A DNA stretch of 56,725 bases from an uncultured virus (IMG/VR IMGVR_UViG_3300043570_003132). Lineage: Duplodnaviria > Heunggongvirae > Uroviricota > Caudoviricetes. The stretch lies in IMG/VR virus record IMGVR_UViG_3300043570_003132, positions 62,001 through 118,725 of that record. One strand, given 5' to 3'. Shown piece by piece: positions 28,487 through 36,545 of this stretch. A program made the position numbers and the translations under genes. The notes under the pieces were generated by a model, which saw only the letters and a list, made by a program, of their open reading frames with translations, did no database searches and had not been told where the DNA came from. Numbering within the stretch: position 1 is the stretch's first letter; each line of letters begins with the position of its first letter.

Positions 28487-29078
28487 TTGCATTGTTAAAA
28501 AAAACCCCAAAGTTAAAGGAAGGGTTTATATCTGTATAAATACTTGAAAAATTGGATTTACATACTATCCCTGTGAAATTTGAAGCATTTTCCAAGTATC
28601 CGTGGGATGGTACCACTTGTTTAGTTATTTTATGTTTATCACACAACTCATTACAAAGTTCAGAAAGGGATTTTAATTGGGTTTCGGAGTATACGTCCCA
28701 AAAATAATAGTTCCTCCAATTACGGATATGTGGTTCACCTCTGTATGGGTCTCCAATCCAATTATAAAGGACACCAGTGATGGTATCTTTGTTCAACCAT
28801 CCTAAGTTCTCGACGGCTATTTTGATCTGTTTTTTGTCTATCTGAGGGTCATTAAATGTATTGGAACTATGGTCGGTATCAAACAGTTGATAAACTACAC
28901 CTAATTTAGATATAACATAATGAGGGACATCTTCATATTTCCCATTTAGACGATATTTCATTTTACTTAAAAAATCATCTAATCTTCTTTGGGTGTCGTA
29001 TAGGAATATTTGCGTCTTCTTAGACTTTCTACGAGTAATATTTAAATTATCTAAAATTTCTACGTCTTGAACTAACAT
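28476..29078 (-). CDS. N-acetylmuramoyl-L-alanine amidase (Amidase_2)-like protein, possibly degenerate
   Basis: PHYVISKLGVVYQL, IKIAVEN, YSETQLKSLSELC and TDINP pattern of the Amidase_2 fold. Confidence 0.75.
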   Translation of the reverse strand: MLVQDVEILDNLNITRRKSKKTQIFLYDTQRRLDDFLSKMKYRLNGKYEDVPHYVISKLGVVYQLFDTDHSSNTFNDPQIDKKQIKIAVENLGWLNKDTITGVLYNWIGDPYRGEPHIRNWRNYYFWDVYSETQLKSLSELCNELCDKHKITKQVVPSHGYLENASNFTGIVCKSNFSSIYTDINPSFNFGVFFNNANEN

Positions 29079-29343
29079 TTCTCGATATAACTTTTTCTCC
29101 TTGTGGTAGTGTGTTTATTTCTTCTTCGGACGTTGGTATGATTGTTTTATTATTTTCCAAATCATATATTACTTGATTTGGGTTAGTATCATCAGATTCC
29201 CAATATAAAGTCTCCTCTTTAGAATCTGTTAATTCTAACGTTTGGATTTGCTCTTGGGGGAGTGTATTTTCTATTGTTAACGAAACCAAGTCCACCTTCA
29301 ATTCCTCCAATGTCGGAGTTAGGGACTCTTCTAATTTTTTTTT
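29047..29343 (-). CDS. Acidic ORF, probably the -1 frameshift extension of the upstream membrane protein
   Basis: Frame opens exactly at the A10 run (TGA just upstream in this frame); no ATG, only TTG/GTG starts; composition matches the upstream acidic tail. Confidence 0.6.
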   Translation of the reverse strand, partial: KKKLEESLTPTLEELKVDLVSLTIENTLPQEQIQTLELTDSKEETLYWESDDTNPNQVIYDLENNKTIIPTSEEEINTLPQGEKVISRNVSSRRRNFR

Positions 29344-30479
29344 TCATCATCTTGTTCGGATGATGTGGTTTCTTTGTTTTCGTAATGTAATCCTTCGTTC
29401 CCGTTCTGACCTATAATATCCATTCGTTCATTGTCCTCATCTATTTTTAACTCCACGACTTCCTCAGGTGTTGCAAATGGTTCAGGAACAAAACCATCAA
29501 ATTCTTGTTCGGAAACTTCCAAATCCTCTTGAACTAAAATATCAAATTCAAGTGTTTCGTTATCTTGGAAAATATTCTCCGTTTCGGGTTCTATAGTGGA
29601 AAAATTTCTTTGAACTTCTTCTTCAGTGGGTTCTTCTTGTAAAATATTCTCAATTTCTTCTTCCGTAAAGAAAGGTTCTTCGTCTTCTAAACCATCCATT
29701 AATGTTTCATCCCAATCAGATACTTCATCATCCAAATCTTCTTTAATCATTGGGTTATCAAGTGGTTCATCATATAAACCCATCTCTTCGTCGTTCTTCA
29801 TTATCTCTGCCAATAATTCTCCTCTTCTTTTATATTCTTCCTCCGCTTTCTTTAATTCTTCATTTGGTGGAGGTGGATTTAATAATACCTCTTCCAATTT
29901 TTTTAAATCATCTTCACTTAAATTTAATCTTACAGACTCATCAATAAAGTTTTTTAAATCTTCGGGGTTAGATTCCGATTCTTTAATTGGTGGTGTTTCA
30001 TTTTCTTTTAATCTATCTTCTTCCGTAAATTTAACTAACATATGAAGAAAGGATAATGAAATGATTGGTAACATACCTCCAGCAAAAAACGCTAAGAATC
30101 TTTTATTACCTACTAAGTCAGTTGAATCTACTCCCATTAATTCTGTTAATGGTAATACTAAATCAACCCAATCCCTAAACGACTGTCCATTGATATCGAT
30201 ATATGTATACGCAAAAAATACATTACCTATAAACTGTATTAACGTCACAACCGCAAATGGGAAATAAACTTTCTTACCCATGTTTGCCGAAATGGCCGCT
30301 AATGCCGATAATGCCGCAATCTCAATTCCAATTGATAAATAAACAGCCCAACTTACTGGATTGGATATACCATACCATTTTGTTACGTGTGAAATAGAAA
30401 CAATTGCAACAGTAATGATTGGAATCAAAAATGCCGCAATAATTAATGTTTTAAAATTTTGGTTTAACCAATGTTTCAT
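29331..30479 (-). CDS. Multi-pass membrane protein with long acidic C-terminal region (382 aa)
   Basis: About four N-terminal TM segments, then an E/D-rich tail with short motifs. Confidence 0.8.
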   Translation of the reverse strand: MKHWLNQNFKTLIIAAFLIPIITVAIVSISHVTKWYGISNPVSWAVYLSIGIEIAALSALAAISANMGKKVYFPFAVVTLIQFIGNVFFAYTYIDINGQSFRDWVDLVLPLTELMGVDSTDLVGNKRFLAFFAGGMLPIISLSFLHMLVKFTEEDRLKENETPPIKESESNPEDLKNFIDESVRLNLSEDDLKKLEEVLLNPPPPNEELKKAEEEYKRRGELLAEIMKNDEEMGLYDEPLDNPMIKEDLDDEVSDWDETLMDGLEDEEPFFTEEEIENILQEEPTEEEVQRNFSTIEPETENIFQDNETLEFDILVQEDLEVSEQEFDGFVPEPFATPEEVVELKIDEDNERMDIIGQNGNEGLHYENKETTSSEQDDEKKN

Positions 30480-30769
30480 TTAGATTCTTGTTCTTTTTTT
30501 AAGTTTTCTTTAACAATAAAATGTAGTTCCATTAACTGTGGCCCTCTATCTTTTTGTGTGATCCAATTATCATAAAAACCGTGAATTGCTATTTTTTCAT
30601 TTTTATGTGTTGTTTTAAGACTATCAATCGTAGATACGTTTTGTTTTTGAATTTTTTCTAATTTAGTCACTCTACTTGAATTGCTACAAGACTTAAAAAA
30701 GAAGATGACTGTTAAAAAAATCAGTACCTGTAATTTATATGTTTTTATTAATTCGATTAACTTTTTCAT
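30476..30769 (-). CDS. Putative membrane-anchored/lipoprotein-like protein (97 aa)
   Basis: Basic N-terminus, hydrophobic stretch, then FKSC, followed by a helical region. Confidence 0.65.
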   Translation of the reverse strand: MKKLIELIKTYKLQVLIFLTVIFFFKSCSNSSRVTKLEKIQKQNVSTIDSLKTTHKNEKIAIHGFYDNWITQKDRGPQLMELHFIVKENLKKEQESK

Positions 30770-30781
30770 AATATTATATTT

Positions 30782-31591
30782 TTATAAATAGTTTAATAGA
30801 CCAAAACTCTCGTTTCTAAGCTTTTTAATGGCCTTATCACGTAATTGTCTAATACGTTCTTTTGTACAACCGTATTCCTCCCCCAAGTCCTCTAAGTTTG
30901 ATTCAACACCTGTTAGACCATAATATCTCTCAATAATAACTCTTTCTCTTTCATCTAAGACACTTAACATTGCTGAAACTTTTTTCTTTATTTCTTCAGG
31001 TGAGTTCATAATAGCATCAGGTCTTTCCGCTTCTTTGTTTGGAATAATATCAATTAGTTGATCTCCGTCTTCGTTTATTTCTCTATATAGACCAACACAG
31101 TATGGTAGACCACTTGACACCGGTTCTTCACTATTATTAATAAAGAAATTATCTTCTTGACTTAATTCTTCTTTTTTAGATTTCTGTGATTCTTGAACCA
31201 AATTTGACGGAAGACGTATAGTTCTTGCGTTTTCATTTAATGATGCCATTATTGATTGTCTAACCCACCACACAGCGTATGATATAAATTTTAATCCACT
31301 TGTTGGATCAAATCTTTCCGCCGCCTTCATTAAACCAATATTACCTTCGGATATGATGTCCATAATATCCATCCCTTGATTTTGAAACATTTTTGCAACT
31401 GATATAACAAATCTTAAATTACCTACAACCAACTCATCGTATAAAAATTTCTTTTCATGTTTAGTAATTGTCTTATCATTAAGTCTTTCAAAAATAACCT
31501 CTTGTCTTTCATGTGATATAACAGGTATTCTACGAATGTCCTTTATGTACTGTTGTATTTCCTCGGTGTTGTTTAAGATGGATTTTTTCAT
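30782..31591 (-). CDS. RNA polymerase sigma-70 factor (RpoD/SigA-like, no region 1.1)
   Basis: NLRFVISVAK, DIISEGNIGLMKAAERFDP, KFISYAVWWVRQ, RTIRLP and region 4 TKERIRQLRDKAIKKLR. Confidence 0.95.
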   Translation of the reverse strand: MKKSILNNTEEIQQYIKDIRRIPVISHERQEVIFERLNDKTITKHEKKFLYDELVVGNLRFVISVAKMFQNQGMDIMDIISEGNIGLMKAAERFDPTSGLKFISYAVWWVRQSIMASLNENARTIRLPSNLVQESQKSKKEELSQEDNFFINNSEEPVSSGLPYCVGLYREINEDGDQLIDIIPNKEAERPDAIMNSPEEIKKKVSAMLSVLDERERVIIERYYGLTGVESNLEDLGEEYGCTKERIRQLRDKAIKKLRNESFGLLNYL

Positions 31592-31636
31592 GTGGTTGGT
31601 GTTTAATTGTGTATATATAAAAATAAGTAAAAAATA

Positions 31637-32092
31637 TTACTTTTCAAAATTGTCTAAGAACTTTTTTTCCTCTTCAGTTAGACTTTCAATCCCATATAGG
31701 TCAATTTTATCTAATACGTCGTCTAATTCTAATCTTTCTCGTTGTACCTCAGTATGTTTTTCGTATTCAACTTTAATCATTAATGGATCAGAGGTTGCTG
31801 GTTTAAAAATAAAATCATTAATTGTTTCAGGTAGATAAACACTAACTATAGAAGTTTTTTCAATTAGAAAATAAAATTTAACACTATCGTTTTTTGATAA
31901 CAAATGTATTTCATCGGATAATACCCCGTGGTCTTCATTAGAATCAAACATAACAATTATGTTTTGATTATTTTCAATAACATATCTAACAGTCCAAACA
32001 AATGGTGATTTACCTAATATTTCTAAACAAAAAAATTCTATATCTTGGTGGTCATCAAAAACACCATATATGAATAACAAATATGATCTCAT
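31637..32092 (-). CDS. Hypothetical protein with C-terminal DUF6576-like motif
   Basis: LDDVLDKIDLYGIESLTEEEKKFL. Confidence 0.65.
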   Translation of the reverse strand: MRSYLLFIYGVFDDHQDIEFFCLEILGKSPFVWTVRYVIENNQNIIVMFDSNEDHGVLSDEIHLLSKNDSVKFYFLIEKTSIVSVYLPETINDFIFKPATSDPLMIKVEYEKHTEVQRERLELDDVLDKIDLYGIESLTEEEKKFLDNFEK

Positions 32093-32098
32093 ATTAGT

Positions 32099-32746
32099 TT
32101 ATTTCTTACGATTTACGTTCCAATAAACACCTCCACCAATAAACGGAACTAATTGACCACTAGTTCCATCAGGCCCTACTTTATTTGATACTCCAATACC
32201 AATCTTATATAAATGTTTAGCATCTTTATCTTTTATAATAAAACCTAAACCAATAAGATTGATAACATTTGGTTTATCTAACTTAGCATCAATACCAAAA
32301 TAATATAAATTTTTTCTTGCGTCCCCTAAGAATGTTGTATCTCTAACTACTTTTTGTTTGATATCGCTTTTAAATGAACGACCTAACACCCTACCATTTG
32401 ATATGGTATCAAACACAGTTACGGTTCCAACGTTGTTTGGTAATTTAAGAATGTCTTTCTTAAACATTTTCATTCCGATTGAATTTAAAATTGCATTGGT
32501 ATCAATTGGGTTAGTTACTGTAAAAGTATCATGAACCGCATATGGAATTTGTACTTCCACAGGTATTTCTACTTCAATGGGAACTTCAATACCAACTGTA
32601 TCATGAACGGGAACTTCATATCCCACCGTATCATGTATAGTAATCGTTCTATGTGGCATAATACCTTTTGGGTTTACGAATTCCACAATAGCCACACCAA
32701 TCAATAATACAATTATTATATTTCTAATGTCTAAGATGTGTTTCAT
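32099..32746 (-). CDS. Membrane-anchored protein with C-terminal amphipathic beta-strands (spanin-like candidate)
   Basis: N-terminal TM, HDT(V/F) repeats, terminal GGGVYWNV. Confidence 0.6.
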   Translation of the reverse strand: MKHILDIRNIIIVLLIGVAIVEFVNPKGIMPHRTITIHDTVGYEVPVHDTVGIEVPIEVEIPVEVQIPYAVHDTFTVTNPIDTNAILNSIGMKMFKKDILKLPNNVGTVTVFDTISNGRVLGRSFKSDIKQKVVRDTTFLGDARKNLYYFGIDAKLDKPNVINLIGLGFIIKDKDAKHLYKIGIGVSNKVGPDGTSGQLVPFIGGGVYWNVNRKK

Positions 32747-32748
32747 AT

Positions 32749-33174
32749 TTATTTAAGAAGATATAAAGATGTCATAATTATTCCAGCAAAAGATCCAACC
32801 TTATAAAGGAATGTTTTTCTTCTTTGTCCTTTTAATTCTTTTAATAGACTTTCAGATTTTTGTCTTTCTAATCCAAATTGTTCATCTTTCTTATTGATAA
32901 TCACCTCTAAATTAGAAATTTTTTGGTCTTTTAATGTATCTTTTTGTTTAAATAAATTAATTTGTTGGTCTTTTAAACCAATGACATTATTTAATTCAAC
33001 AATCTCTAATTTTGTACCATCATAACGAATTAAGTCTTGGTAAACTAATCTAGCGACTTTTGTTGATATGGTAACTTTAGTAGTGTCTAATACAATAACT
33101 TTAGTTGTATCTGTTTGTGAATAACTGCTCAAGCTCAAGATTACCAATAGTAGTAATAGCGTTAACTTTTTCAT
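32749..33174 (-). CDS. Secreted coiled-coil protein with C-terminal hydrophobic helix (spanin-like candidate)
   Basis: Signal peptide MKKLTLLLLLVILSLSSYS|Q, heptad repeats; 74-bp overlap with the upstream gene. Confidence 0.6.
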   Translation of the reverse strand: MKKLTLLLLLVILSLSSYSQTDTTKVIVLDTTKVTISTKVARLVYQDLIRYDGTKLEIVELNNVIGLKDQQINLFKQKDTLKDQKISNLEVIINKKDEQFGLERQKSESLLKELKGQRRKTFLYKVGSFAGIIMTSLYLLK

Positions 33175-33436
33175 CTGTGTTGTTTTTAATAATAGTTATG
33201 TTTTTTGTAACGTTATCGATTTCTTTATCGACATTAACAATGTGATTATCAACCTTTTCAATTTGATTGTCAATTTCTTTATTTGCAGTGTAAACTGAAT
33301 CGATCTCCTTTTGTAAGGATTCAATTTTAGCATTATACCCTGCAACGTCGGTTTTTATACCTTGATTTTGGAATATGGTATAAGCGGCTAAACAAGCAAT
33401 CAAAACTAATAGGATATTTGTTTTATCAATCTTCAT
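33101..33436 (-). CDS. N-terminal TM + coiled-coil protein (i-spanin/Rz-like candidate)
   Basis: Single TM then heptads; preceded by TATTTATA. Confidence 0.6.
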   Translation of the reverse strand: MKIDKTNILLVLIACLAAYTIFQNQGIKTDVAGYNAKIESLQKEIDSVYTANKEIDNQIEKVDNHIVNVDKEIDNVTKNITIIKNNTDEKVNAITTIGNLELEQLFTNRYN

Positions 33437-33464
33437 ATTATATGTTTTATTATAAATATGAAGA

Positions 33465-33486
33465 AAGGGGGTTTTATCCCCCTTTG
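33465..33486 (-). terminator. Rho-independent terminator after clpP
   Basis: AAAGGGGG...CCCCCTTT stem. Confidence 0.75.
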
Positions 33487-33489
33487 ACT

Positions 33490-34167
33490 TTATTTCTTCT
33501 TTTTACCCACAATTTCATCGATGATACCGTAGGAAAGTGCTTGTTCCGCATCTAACCATAGGTCACGACTTGCATCGTTTTTAACTTGTTCTGCTGATTT
33601 TCCACAGTACCCACCCAATAATTCAAATAGGATGTTGTTCACTTTTCTCCACTCAATCATACTGATTTCAGCGTCTTGGATATTTCCAACCGCTCCACCT
33701 GAAGATTGGTGTAACATTGTTTGAGAGAACCTCAACGAACCTCTTTTACCTTTGGTACCTGCACCTAATAGGACTGAACCCATTGAAGCTGCCATACCTG
33801 TATTAATAGTTCTAATGTCTGATTTGATATAATCCATTACATCTACCATAGAAAGACCTGACTTAACAGATCCACCGGGACTGTCGATGTGCATTGTAAT
33901 ATCGTTACTGTCGATACTGTCTAAGAACATTAACTGAGCCTGAACAATGGTGGACATATGATCGTCCACACCACCTGCAACCCAAATGATACGTTCCATC
34001 ATCAAACGTGAGAACACGTCCATAACGGTTACATTTAAGGTTCGTTCCTCTAAGATGTAAGGAGTTAAACTGTTTTCTACTTTTTGGTTATAATAGTCCA
34101 ATTTCAACGAACTAATACCCTTGTCTTTTGCGTAAAGACCAAACTGTTGGTAATCTTTTGGTGTCAT
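33490..34167 (-). CDS. clpP: ATP-dependent Clp protease proteolytic subunit
   Basis: MDVFSRLMMERII, IDSPGGSV, catalytic Ser in AASMG, His in MLHQ, SRDLWL, YGIIDEI. Confidence 0.95.
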   Translation of the reverse strand: MTPKDYQQFGLYAKDKGISSLKLDYYNQKVENSLTPYILEERTLNVTVMDVFSRLMMERIIWVAGGVDDHMSTIVQAQLMFLDSIDSNDITMHIDSPGGSVKSGLSMVDVMDYIKSDIRTINTGMAASMGSVLLGAGTKGKRGSLRFSQTMLHQSSGGAVGNIQDAEISMIEWRKVNNILFELLGGYCGKSAEQVKNDASRDLWLDAEQALSYGIIDEIVGKKKK

Positions 34168-34184
34168 AAATTTAGTTTATAGGA

Positions 34185-34192
34185 CAAATATA
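34185..34192 (-). promoter_or_regulatory. Bacteroidota-type -7 promoter element TATATTTG
   Basis: TAnnTTTG, 17 nt upstream of the clpP ATG. Confidence 0.55.
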
Positions 34193-34208
34193 ATTAAGAT
34201 ATTCGAAA

Positions 34209-36545
34209 CTAAGAAATTTTTGTTGTAATAAAATCCACGGAAGAGACATTCTCCTCTTTTTTAATCATAATGATATTATCCGACCAGTTACGTATTAAAG
34301 AATTATGTGATATAACAAGAATATGGTCAAAATAATTTTTAATCTTTTTAAAGAACTCACCCACCATTTCAAGGTTCTCATCTGCAATCTTACCGAATAC
34401 TTCATCCATTACAACTATATTGGGCTTAGGTAATGATGATATCTTGGTCAATACACTACGAAGTGCTAATGAGGATATGGTTCTTTCATAACCAGAACCC
34501 GCATTAAGGGGTTTAACGATTCGGGTCTCAGTATCTATCATAATAAATTCAACCTCATTCTTATCGTTTATATTCATCTCTAAAATGAAATGACAACTAT
34601 CAACTAACAAACGATATAACTCCTGATTAATTAATGGAATCATATTTTTAAGAATAATTTTGGATATACCGTTTTTACCATATACAGTTAAGTATATTTT
34701 AAACACAGCGGATAATTCTTCCTCAGCTGTAATCTTTTTAATTAACTCCTCATTAATACCAATCTTCTCATTCATGTTTGTAATGTTGTTGGTATGTTTT
34801 TCTATATTCGTATTTGTTTGTCTAATGTCTCCGTTAGCGGTTTCTATTTTAGTTTTAAGTGCAATTACTTCCGCATCAATTTTTTGATTCTCCTCAAGTT
34901 TATTTTTATTACTTTCGTAATTGTCTAATCTTTTTTGTTTACTATCAATTTCCAATTGTTTTTGTTCAACCTCTAACTCATATCTTTCTTTACGAAGTTT
35001 ATTTCTTTCGTAATTTTCAAATTCAGTTTTTAATTTATCAAACCCTTCAGATTGTTCCTTTAATAAATCAAATTGATTTTGATTTAATTCCATCTCTTTA
35101 ATGATGTCTTCAATTTCCTTTTTAATCTTTTCAATTTCATCAGTATGATCTACTTCATCTAATGCTCTATTACAAGTAGGACAAACTGTTCCTTCTTCAA
35201 ATTGTTTAATTAGTTTTTCTCTTTGAGTCTTTTCATGTTTGGATACAACATCAATTCCTTGGAGATTTGCCATTTCACCTTTTAACTCTTTGTGTTGGTC
35301 TTCGTTATAAAATTGTGACGGTTCAACAACACTAACTCCGTCGGCGTTTATTTGACTTACATTTTTTTGAGTTAATAAAAAAATAACTTCTCTTTGTAAT
35401 AAAACTAGATTGGTATTAATAAGTTCCCTATCTACGTCGTTGTTTCTTTTTAAAAATACTTCGTCTCTTTTCTTTTCTAACTTTGTTAATTCTTTTTCAA
35501 ACTTACCTAATTCTTTTGTCAATCTAACAATCTCACTTTCAGAATTAGTAATACTTTCTTTGTGTGTTTCATTATCAGATTCTAAACTAACTTTGTTATA
35601 TGTGTTAGATACTAATTTCTTAGACCAATCATTATACATCTCTTTAGCAATTTCTTCTTTTGCTTTAAGACTTTCTAATCCCATGAACTTTGTTAATATC
35701 TGTCCACGAGCTGTGGGTTTAGATTCAATAAGTTCTTCTAAGTTATAACCTGTTGTTAATATAGTTGATAAGAAATCTTCTTGTGTTCCAATTGCAGACG
35801 ATATAAATGCTTCCGTCTCTCTTCTTTGTTCACCGGATAAATTTACAATGGATCCATCTTCAGCTTTCTTAAAAAATTCTAAGTCATTCTTAACCGTGTA
35901 TTCACCTGACTTACTCATCTTACGAGATGTCTTTCTCTCAATTACATAATCATCTCCATCAATTGTAATCTCACCACGAACACTCACATCATTCTTATCG
36001 GTAAATCTATTAAAGATTTCTCCGTTAGTTTTAGTTTTAGTTGTTGTGTTGAAGAATAAGAACATTAAAAGATCTACTGATGATGTAGACTTACCACCAA
36101 AGTTCTTTGGTGTGGATTCAATTACCGTAATACCGTCCAACCCAGTAAAATCAATAACGTTATTATCTCCGAATGATAGAAAATTAGAAAACTCCACTTT
36201 CCTAATATACCATTTATTATATCTAACTTTGTTTTCATTTAATTTATCTATTTGGGAATTTACTTTATTATCTAATCTTTCCATTAACTCCTCCTTAATG
36301 ATTATTTCATTATCGGAAAGAAAATCTTTCATCAATTTCTTTTGATATTGATGATCTAAAATATTGTCCGACGCTTCTAAAGACTCTAAACGTGTTTGAT
36401 TAACATTAGTTAAAGTTTTTGTTATTACCTGAACGGTCTTTGCATTATACTTTTTCTCAAAATAAGATTTTACCCTTCTGATTTTCTCAGGGGTGAAATT
36501 CTCAGGTACATCTTCCCAAGTTACTTTTATAAAAGGATTACTCAT
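34209..36545 (-). CDS. sbcC: SbcC/Rad50/gp46-like SMC-type ATPase with N-terminal extension
   Basis: VEFSNFLSFG, Walker A NFGGKST, coiled coil with CPTC zinc hook, signature GSGYE, Walker B VVMDE, ISH. Confidence 0.92.
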   Translation of the reverse strand: MSNPFIKVTWEDVPENFTPEKIRRVKSYFEKKYNAKTVQVITKTLTNVNQTRLESLEASDNILDHQYQKKLMKDFLSDNEIIIKEELMERLDNKVNSQIDKLNENKVRYNKWYIRKVEFSNFLSFGDNNVIDFTGLDGITVIESTPKNFGGKSTSSVDLLMFLFFNTTTKTKTNGEIFNRFTDKNDVSVRGEITIDGDDYVIERKTSRKMSKSGEYTVKNDLEFFKKAEDGSIVNLSGEQRRETEAFISSAIGTQEDFLSTILTTGYNLEELIESKPTARGQILTKFMGLESLKAKEEIAKEMYNDWSKKLVSNTYNKVSLESDNETHKESITNSESEIVRLTKELGKFEKELTKLEKKRDEVFLKRNNDVDRELINTNLVLLQREVIFLLTQKNVSQINADGVSVVEPSQFYNEDQHKELKGEMANLQGIDVVSKHEKTQREKLIKQFEEGTVCPTCNRALDEVDHTDEIEKIKKEIEDIIKEMELNQNQFDLLKEQSEGFDKLKTEFENYERNKLRKERYELEVEQKQLEIDSKQKRLDNYESNKNKLEENQKIDAEVIALKTKIETANGDIRQTNTNIEKHTNNITNMNEKIGINEELIKKITAEEELSAVFKIYLTVYGKNGISKIILKNMIPLINQELYRLLVDSCHFILEMNINDKNEVEFIMIDTETRIVKPLNAGSGYERTISSLALRSVLTKISSLPKPNIVVMDEVFGKIADENLEMVGEFFKKIKNYFDHILVISHNSLIRNWSDNIIMIKKEENVSSVDFITTKIS

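Noticed and set aside
33490..34167. ClpP as the prohead protease
   Set aside because: It is host-like, has a host-type promoter element and is not next to portal or capsid genes; the role is not excluded but is unsupported.
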